A DNA stretch of 64,000 bases from Escherichia coli (GTDB taxonomy: Bacteria; Pseudomonadota; Gammaproteobacteria; Enterobacterales; Enterobacteriaceae). How positions within the stretch are numbered: the stretch's first letter is position 1; each line of letters starts with the position of its first letter. Below the pieces are notes generated by a model, which ran no database searches, was not told the DNA's origin, and worked only from the letters and a program-made list of their open reading frames with translations. The DNA lies in assembly GCF_022846255.1 (NCBI RefSeq), contig NZ_AP025682.1; one strand, 5' to 3'. Position numbers and translations under genes: made by a program. Below are positions 56,610 through 64,000 of the stretch, one piece after another.

Positions 56610-57211
56610 TGGATAAAGCCGTATTAAATAGCGAACTTATTGCCACGAAGGCGGGGAATATTACCGTCTATAACTATGATGGTGAAACACGGGAATATAT
56701 TTCCACTTCAAATGAATATCTTGCCGTTGGTGTCGGTATCCCGGCATATTCCTGTTTAGATGCTCCTGGCACATATAAGGCTGGTTATGCAATCTGCCGT
56801 TCAGTAGATTTAAACTCATGGGAATATATGCCAGACCATCGCGGTGAAATTATCTATAGCACCGAAACAGGAGAAGCAAAAGAAATCACAGCTCCGGGTG
56901 ATTACCCTGAAAATACAACCACTATCGTCCCGTTAACGCCATATGATAAATGGGATGGTGAGAAATGGGTGACAGATTCTGAGGCACAACACGGTGCCGC
57001 AGTAGAAGCGGCAGAAGCACAGCGCCAGTCACTGATTGATGCAGCAATGGCTTCCATCGGTCTGATTCAGCTGAAATTACAGGCCGGACGGAAGCTGATG
57101 CAGGCAGAAACAACCCGGCTTAACGCTGTGCTGGATTACATTGACGCGGTGACGGCAACAAATACCAGCACAGCGCCGGATGTCATCTGGCCTGAACTGC
57201 CGGAGGCGTAG
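56609..57211 (+). CDS. tail fibre assembly protein (U-like)
   Basis: 200 aa; C-terminal TSTAPDVIWPELPEA-type motif. Confidence 0.65.
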   Translation: MDKAVLNSELIATKAGNITVYNYDGETREYISTSNEYLAVGVGIPAYSCLDAPGTYKAGYAICRSVDLNSWEYMPDHRGEIIYSTETGEAKEITAPGDYPENTTTIVPLTPYDKWDGEKWVTDSEAQHGAAVEAAEAQRQSLIDAAMASIGLIQLKLQAGRKLMQAETTRLNAVLDYIDAVTATNTSTAPDVIWPELPEA

Positions 57212-57626
57212 GCCATTCAATATCTGGCGCACAGGAAGTATCGACCAGTTCCAGTGCGTCCAGATAATCCAGCCATAAATTATATTGCTCCAGCTCGTTA
57301 CCTTTCAGACGACCAATAGCAGCTTTGCCAGGCCACTGATGGGTATTGATGTAAGTATTGGCTTCTGAAACCAAAGATATTTTTTTCATTTCAGCCATCA
57401 ACACCTCATCCTCTTTTGAAGGCGGTGGGGAATTAATCCATATTGGCCGTCCTGAACTGTCAGCGCCAATTTCTTTCCCTTCTGGATGCAGCCCAAGAAA
57501 TTGCTCATATGTTTCTCGGGTAATTTCAATAACATCATCTGGAAGCGTTCCCGCATCCTCATATTCTGGAAACAATTCTTGTAGATAAAAACTTTTACTT
57601 CCGGGTGAAAAGAATACTGAGTTCAT
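57183..57626 (-). CDS. alternative tail fibre assembly protein (U'-like)
   Basis: 147 aa on the opposite strand; C-terminus TSCAPDIEWPTPPAVQAR paralogous to the plus-strand gene. Confidence 0.6.
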   Translation of the reverse strand: MNSVFFSPGSKSFYLQELFPEYEDAGTLPDDVIEITRETYEQFLGLHPEGKEIGADSSGRPIWINSPPPSKEDEVLMAEMKKISLVSEANTYINTHQWPGKAAIGRLKGNELEQYNLWLDYLDALELVDTSCAPDIEWPTPPAVQAR

Positions 57627-57628
57627 TA

Positions 57629-58123
57629 TTACCGTCCAATGATTAACGCTGAGACGCTGGTATCTGAAGGAAAGGCTGCATTCAGTGGTTTGTCGACTTT
57701 GAACACAATCGTATTATTCCCCCTGACAGCGGCAAAAGAACAAACCGCAGTCGCGTATGAACCTGTAATATTACTGGATACACCACCATAAGCTGTTGTT
57801 GATACCAGAGGGATAACGCCCAGCACCTTATTAGGAAATACAAAGGGCAATGTGGCTGTGGCAATATAAGACTTATTAGAGCCTGTGATGGCATAAGCAT
57901 TATCAGTCATTCCATTCATCGCCACCGGGCCGCTTATACTTACAGTAACCATCTGAATGATTAGCCCGTCAGGTTGACGAATCACAAAATTTCCATTGCC
58001 ACCAGTAACCGTCCAGAAAGACATATCAGGGATTTGGTTTTCCCCGTTGCCCACATTCCGTTTTGCCGCTTCTCCCAAACCAACGTTTATGAAAATGCAG
58101 AAATAACGAGCAAATGGCATCAT
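57629..58123 (-). CDS. alternative tail fibre variable C-terminal segment (Sv'-like)
   Basis: Minus-strand ORF whose 5' end (..INVGLGEAAK) spans the right crossover site; expressed only after inversion fuses it to the constant fibre N-terminus. Confidence 0.55.
   Translation of the reverse strand: MMPFARYFCIFINVGLGEAAKRNVGNGENQIPDMSFWTVTGGNGNFVIRQPDGLIIQMVTVSISGPVAMNGMTDNAYAITGSNKSYIATATLPFVFPNKVLGVIPLVSTTAYGGVSSNITGSYATAVCSFAAVRGNNTIVFKVDKPLNAAFPSDTSVSALIIGR
58069..58083. repeat. right crossover site of the invertible segment
   Basis: CTTCTCCCAAACCAA, reverse complement of 56128..56142; about 67 bp upstream of the invertase start. Confidence 0.6.
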
Positions 58124-58149
58124 TCCTGCTTTTGTCAGGGAGATCTACC

Positions 58150-58704
58150 ATGCTTATTGGCTATGTACGCGTATCAACAAATGACCAGAATACCGATCTA
58201 CAACGTAATGCGTTGAACTGTGCAGGATGCGAGCTGATTTTTGAAGACAAGATAAGCGGTACAAAGTCCGAAAGGCCGGGACTGAAAAAACTGCTCAGGA
58301 CATTATCGGCAGGTGACACTCTGGTTGTCTGGAAGCTGGATCGGCTGGGGCGTAGTATGCGGCATCTGGTCATTCTGGTTGAGGAGTTGCGCGAACGTGG
58401 CGTTAATTTTCGCAGCCTGACGGATGCTATTGATACCAGCACACCGATGGGGCGTTTTTTCTTTCATGTGATGGGGGCCCTGGCTGAAATGGAACGAGAA
58501 CTGATTGTTGAACGAACAAAAGCTGGACTGGAAGCTGCTCGCGCACAGGGACGAATTGGTGGACGTCGTCCCAAACTTACACCAGAACAATGGGCGCAGG
58601 CCGGGCGACTAATTGCATCAGGAGTTCCTCGCCAGAAGGTGGCGATCATTTATGATGTTGGCGTATCGACTTTGTATAAGAAGTTTCCGGTCGGAGATAA
58701 ATGA
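58150..58704 (+). CDS. serine DNA invertase (Gin/Pin/Hin family)
   Basis: 184 aa from MLIGYVRVSTNDQNTDLQRNAL...; closely resembles Mu Gin as recalled; the ORF-track start at 58114 is an upstream in-frame ATG. Confidence 0.85.
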   Translation: MLIGYVRVSTNDQNTDLQRNALNCAGCELIFEDKISGTKSERPGLKKLLRTLSAGDTLVVWKLDRLGRSMRHLVILVEELRERGVNFRSLTDAIDTSTPMGRFFFHVMGALAEMERELIVERTKAGLEAARAQGRIGGRRPKLTPEQWAQAGRLIASGVPRQKVAIIYDVGVSTLYKKFPVGDK

Positions 58705-58784
58705 AACCGTAGCACGTCGTATGCAAGAACGTGCCACGGCTGGCTGATAAGCTTGTAAAAATATTGAACAGGGAGTGGAGCATT

Positions 58785-59432
58785 CTATGAAGCTAATTTG
58801 TTTAATTTCATTTGTAGTGACTTTACTTCTTGGTCGATAATGTCGAATCCCTTATTGACAGCATCTCTTAGCTCTGCATCAATATTTTTTATCCCTTGAG
58901 CATAATCTACCATTACATTTATTTTTGCATCATGTAATCTCTTATACATGGTTTTATCTTTGTTATTGTCTGCCATGCCAATAAGGATTTTTTCATAATC
59001 CTCAATGAGTTTGTTGTTTCCTTTAAATGATTGTATTAATGAGCGTGAATATGTGTATATGTTAATTATTGAGTCTCTAGCAGAATCATTTAGTTTTGCA
59101 ATGACATTCGCATTTTGCTCATAGAATGTGAAATTATCATCCCCTACAGGGAATGTGAGAATCAACATTTGTCCCGGTTTTATATTATCAATGTGTGTTT
59201 TCATCCTTTTATTATATAAATTGATTAGGGTGAAAACTTCTCCCTTAACTCCTTTTAATACTGAAAGTTGTAATTCAAGGGATTCTCTTTCTGTCTCTAC
59301 TTTAGACAGCTTAGCTTGTTGGGTAACTCCTTTTAGGGTAAACCATCCGCCAATAAGAGTACCAACTAGAGCTGTGAGGGAGGAGGATAACCATCCAGGT
59401 ATGCTATTTAAAAGATTACTAAATTCACTCAT
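58785..59432 (-). CDS. membrane-anchored coiled-coil protein (cargo, unknown function)
   Basis: 215 aa; N-terminal membrane helix (SSLTALVGTLIGGWFTL), coiled-coil, C-terminal domain; very AT-rich. Confidence 0.45.
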   Translation of the reverse strand: MSEFSNLLNSIPGWLSSSLTALVGTLIGGWFTLKGVTQQAKLSKVETERESLELQLSVLKGVKGEVFTLINLYNKRMKTHIDNIKPGQMLILTFPVGDDNFTFYEQNANVIAKLNDSARDSIINIYTYSRSLIQSFKGNNKLIEDYEKILIGMADNNKDKTMYKRLHDAKINVMVDYAQGIKNIDAELRDAVNKGFDIIDQEVKSLQMKLNKLAS

Positions 59433-59490
59433 TATAAGTACTCGCTAATATTGAACGATATATATATCAAATTATTATAAAACTCGTCAG

Positions 59491-59769
59491 CTACTGGAGC
59501 AGGCTACCTGAACTTCGATCTATTCCTGCATCCATATAGTTGATGGTCTTCTGGAGCTCTTCGATTAGGGCAACAGCTTTTGCTCGAGAAATGCATATTA
59601 GTTGATCCGGAAATTCTTGTAAGGGCCAGTTTGGTATACAGGCCATGTTATCAGTGAAGGATGCAGACAAGTAAACTTCATTGGTAACCAGAGAATAGCT
59701 TACCTCAAAATTGGTGAGTTCCGGCAAACTGCTAACGTTTGACTCTTTTCTGCGCATAATATTATCCAT
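59491..59769 (-). CDS. small hypothetical protein (cargo, upstream partner of the membrane protein)
   Basis: 92 aa from the internal ATG (MDNIMRRKES...); the ORF track extends to 59919 through the G10/C10 tract; AT-rich. Confidence 0.4.
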   Translation of the reverse strand: MDNIMRRKESNVSSLPELTNFEVSYSLVTNEVYLSASFTDNMACIPNWPLQEFPDQLICISRAKAVALIEELQKTINYMDAGIDRSSGSLLQ

Positions 59770-59851
59770 GACTGTAATTATGTACAGGTGATGGTCTTCA
59801 ATTTCGAAGAGGGAGTCAAGGGGGAGTCTCAAATGAACCGTTATAGAAAAA

Positions 59852-59861
59852 GGGGGGGGGG
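59852..59861. repeat. G10 homopolymeric tract
   Basis: Ten consecutive G upstream of, or within an N-terminal extension of, the 59491..59769 gene. Confidence 0.5.
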
Positions 59862-59970
59862 ATCTTTGTGTTGCTGAACTTATGCAAAATTTTTTTGCAC
59901 CATAAATCCAACAACACATTCAATAACACATTGCTGTATCACTATGAAAATAAATGTGTTTTTATTTGAT

Positions 59971-59988
59971 TTCACACATATCACAATT
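59971..59988. repeat. attR core, 18-bp direct repeat TTCACACATATCACAATT
   Basis: Identical to 17692..17709. Confidence 0.7.
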
Positions 59989-60018
59989 GATGCATTTTTT
60001 AGTGATTAACAGCGCCAT
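59971..60018 (-). pseudogene. yfhL: displaced original 5' fragment of yfhL (16 codons)
   Basis: Minus strand reads ATG GCG CTG TTA ATC ACT AAA AAA TGC ATC AAT TGT GAT ATG TGT GAA ([16 protein letters not shown]); 19 of 30 bp identical to the phage-borne yfhL 5' end outside the core. Confidence 0.6.
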
Positions 60019-60073
60019 AAGGAAACTCTCAAAACAACACAAACCGGGCGGGCATTATACGCGCATTCTTTAC

Positions 60074-60922
60074 TCAGACCAGTTTTTTCACCAGCGCTTC
60101 GCTATGACGAATACGTTCTGGTGCCAGTTCCAGATCCTGCTGAATCAGCGCAATGAACAGCAAATCCGTTAACATTCCCTGCGCGTGACAAGCAGAGATT
60201 GAAGCACTGTTTGTCGCTTGTTCTTCGGCAATGGTATACAGGCAATGAGAAGCACGCTGTTGCAGGGCATTGGGAGTAAAGCCGGTAATAGCCAGCACTT
60301 TTCCGCCCACTCGCAGCATCTCATCTGCCGCCAGGTTTAACTCGCGTCGTACACCGGTGTAGGAAATGGCTAATAACAGATCGTCAGGGGACGACGCCTG
60401 TACTGTAGCGAGTAGCGCATGCATATCGCGCACTGCGGCAGCATTGAAGCCAATCTTCATCAGCTTCCAGGCAAAGTTTTGCGCCACCAGACCCGAAGCG
60501 CCAATACCGGTCAGAATTATCCGCCGCGCAGAGCGCAACATTGCCACGCATTCATGCAGTTTCTCTTCACTATTAACGTTTAACGTTGCGTACATAGCGG
60601 CAGTATTTTCTTTAATCAGTTTTTCGCCGACCAGCCGTAACGGATCATCACCGCGGATTTGGTTATGAATGGGCACGGAGGGAGATTCCGGCTGGCTTGC
60701 CAGCGCTTCACTCAACGCCAACTTTAGTGCCGGAAAACCTTTATAGCCGAGTTTTTGCGCGAACTTCACGACGCTGGATTGACTGACTCCGGCTTCGTTG
60801 GCCAGTTGCTGAGAGCTTAAATGGCGCGCCGTATCAGGTTGTAGCAGCAGATAATCCGCCAGTTTTTTATCACTCTGGGCAAGCCCCTGGTAACGCTGAC
60901 GGATACGAAGTAAGCCGTTCAT
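60074..60922 (-). CDS. yfhH: RpiR-family transcriptional regulator (HTH plus SIS domain)
   Basis: 282 aa from the internal ATG (MNGLLRIRQRYQGLAQSDKKLADYLL...). Confidence 0.8.
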   Translation of the reverse strand: MNGLLRIRQRYQGLAQSDKKLADYLLLQPDTARHLSSQQLANEAGVSQSSVVKFAQKLGYKGFPALKLALSEALASQPESPSVPIHNQIRGDDPLRLVGEKLIKENTAAMYATLNVNSEEKLHECVAMLRSARRIILTGIGASGLVAQNFAWKLMKIGFNAAAVRDMHALLATVQASSPDDLLLAISYTGVRRELNLAADEMLRVGGKVLAITGFTPNALQQRASHCLYTIAEEQATNSASISACHAQGMLTDLLFIALIQQDLELAPERIRHSEALVKKLV

Positions 60923-61130
60923 ATCTTTCCTCGCGATGAAATAATGGCGACAACAGGCAATATGAGACAAACGCGAGTGAATTTTATATTCCATTGCCGC
61001 TAATTGCCATGAATTAAAAATTCCAGTTAGCCATGATGCGGTCGATTGTTGCCGGAAAAGTGATGATCTATCTGTTAGGCTATGTAGTAGCGAAAATTAA
61101 TCAGGATGTTTCAGTCCAGAGGAGTATGGT

Positions 61131-61766
61131 TTGGCAACTCACGAGCGTCGTGTGGTGTTTTTTGACTTAGATGGAACATTGCATCAGCAGGATATGTTCG
61201 GCAGTTTTTTGCGTTATTTACTGCGTCGCCAACCGCTGAATGCGTTACTTGTTCTGCCGTTGTTGCCGATCATAGCCATTGCGTTATTGATAAAAGGTCG
61301 TGCGGCACGCTGGCCGATGAGTCTGCTTCTGTGGGGATGCACTTTTGGTCACAATGAAGCGCGTTTGCAGGCGTTGCAGGCCGATTTCGTACGCTGGTTT
61401 CGTGACAATGTTACCGCCTTTCCGCTGGTTCAGGAGCGATTAACCACCTACCTGTTAAGTTCCGATGCTGATATCTGGTTGATTACCGGCTCTCCGCAGC
61501 CGCTGGTTGAAGCGGTTTATTTCGATACGCCCTGGCTGCCGCGGGTTAATCTTATCGCCAGTCAGATTCAGCGTGGCTATGGTGGTTGGGTATTGACGAT
61601 GCGTTGTCTGGGACATGAAAAGGTCGCGCAACTGGAGCGCAAAATCGGCACGCCGCTGCGGCTGTACAGTGGCTATAGCGACAGTAATCAGGACAACCCG
61701 CTGCTTTATTTCTGTCAGCATCGTTGGCGAGTAACTCCGCGCGGTGAACTCCAGCAACTGGAATAG
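61131..61766 (+). CDS. pgpC: phosphatidylglycerophosphatase C (HAD family)
   Basis: 211 aa; HAD motif VVFFDLDGTL. Confidence 0.9.
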   Translation: MATHERRVVFFDLDGTLHQQDMFGSFLRYLLRRQPLNALLVLPLLPIIAIALLIKGRAARWPMSLLLWGCTFGHNEARLQALQADFVRWFRDNVTAFPLVQERLTTYLLSSDADIWLITGSPQPLVEAVYFDTPWLPRVNLIASQIQRGYGGWVLTMRCLGHEKVAQLERKIGTPLRLYSGYSDSNQDNPLLYFCQHRWRVTPRGELQQLE

Positions 61767-61778
61767 AGTAAAGCATAG

Positions 61779-63880
<2,102 letters not shown>

Positions 63881-64000
63881 TTAGTTAATTCTCTGTGTCG
63901 TGCGCGTCCCAGCTTGAAAAAACGTAATAATAGTGAAAGGTTTACTCATAAATGAGCGGCATTTTGCGTAAACCTGCGCCAGTTGGCAACTTATTACAGC

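Larger units (their letters stand above)
56143..58068. other. invertible tail-fibre host-range segment (Mu G-segment-like)
   Basis: Flanked by 15-bp inverted repeats; holds a variable fibre C-terminus and assembly gene on each strand; Gin-like invertase immediately outside. Confidence 0.55.

Noticed and set aside
58705-58784. Terminator between the invertase and the convergent cargo gene
   Set aside because: Only a weak GCACG/CGTGC stem with no U-tract on either strand.
59954-60172. 72-aa plus-strand ORF at the right prophage junction
   Set aside because: It is the antisense of the yfhL 5' remnant and the 3' end of yfhH; it spans the attR core and has no ribosome-binding site.
60074-60922. 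Identification of this RpiR-family gene as murR
   Set aside because: The K-12 murR/murQ/murP cluster is at a different locus as I recall; this gene's position next to yfhL and pgpC matches yfhH.
63881-64000. Possible PurR operator or purL start upstream of mltF
   Set aside because: No convincing 16-bp pur-box palindrome and no purL start codon within the window.

Overview
Host backbone matching the Escherichia coli K-12 ung-grcA-eamB-yfiE-srmB-trmN6-nadB-rpoE-rseABC-lepAB-rnc-era-recO-pdxJ-acpS-shoB-yfhL region (1..17739) and yfhH-pgpC-tadA-mltF (60074..63880), interrupted by a ~42.3 kb prophage (17692..59988). The prophage is inserted inside the 5' coding region of the ferredoxin gene yfhL. 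It is bounded by a perfect 18-bp direct repeat (17692..17709 and 59971..59988) and carries a diverged replacement 5' end for yfhL, leaving the original 5' fragment as a remnant at attR. The prophage is mosaic: integrase and AlpA-like Xis; a leftward early operon with a PolA / DUF2815 / DUF2800 / VRR-NUC / SNF2-helicase replication module; CI/Cro switch; primase-helicase with an iteron cluster; Q antiterminator; lambda-like S/R/Rz/Rz1 lysis cassette; head genes; a Mu-like contractile tail and baseplate; and a Gin-like invertase next to an invertible tail-fibre segment. The most interesting candidate for an undescribed system is three AT-rich cargo genes in the early operon, each followed by its own hairpin: a SIR2-like protein (25628..27130) and two TIR-like/NDT-like proteins (22650..23411, 21003..21920). 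Together these supply the domain set of a Thoeris-type NAD+ system split across separate genes, but this is inferred from motifs only. Further cargo: a two-gene AT-rich module at the right end (58785..59769) with an upstream G10 tract, and a promoter-plus-terminator membrane-protein cassette in the tail module (52511..52750). No rRNA, tRNA or CRISPR array was seen. All domain calls rest on motif recognition by eye; no searches were run, and fine coordinates of small sites were counted by hand from ORF anchors.
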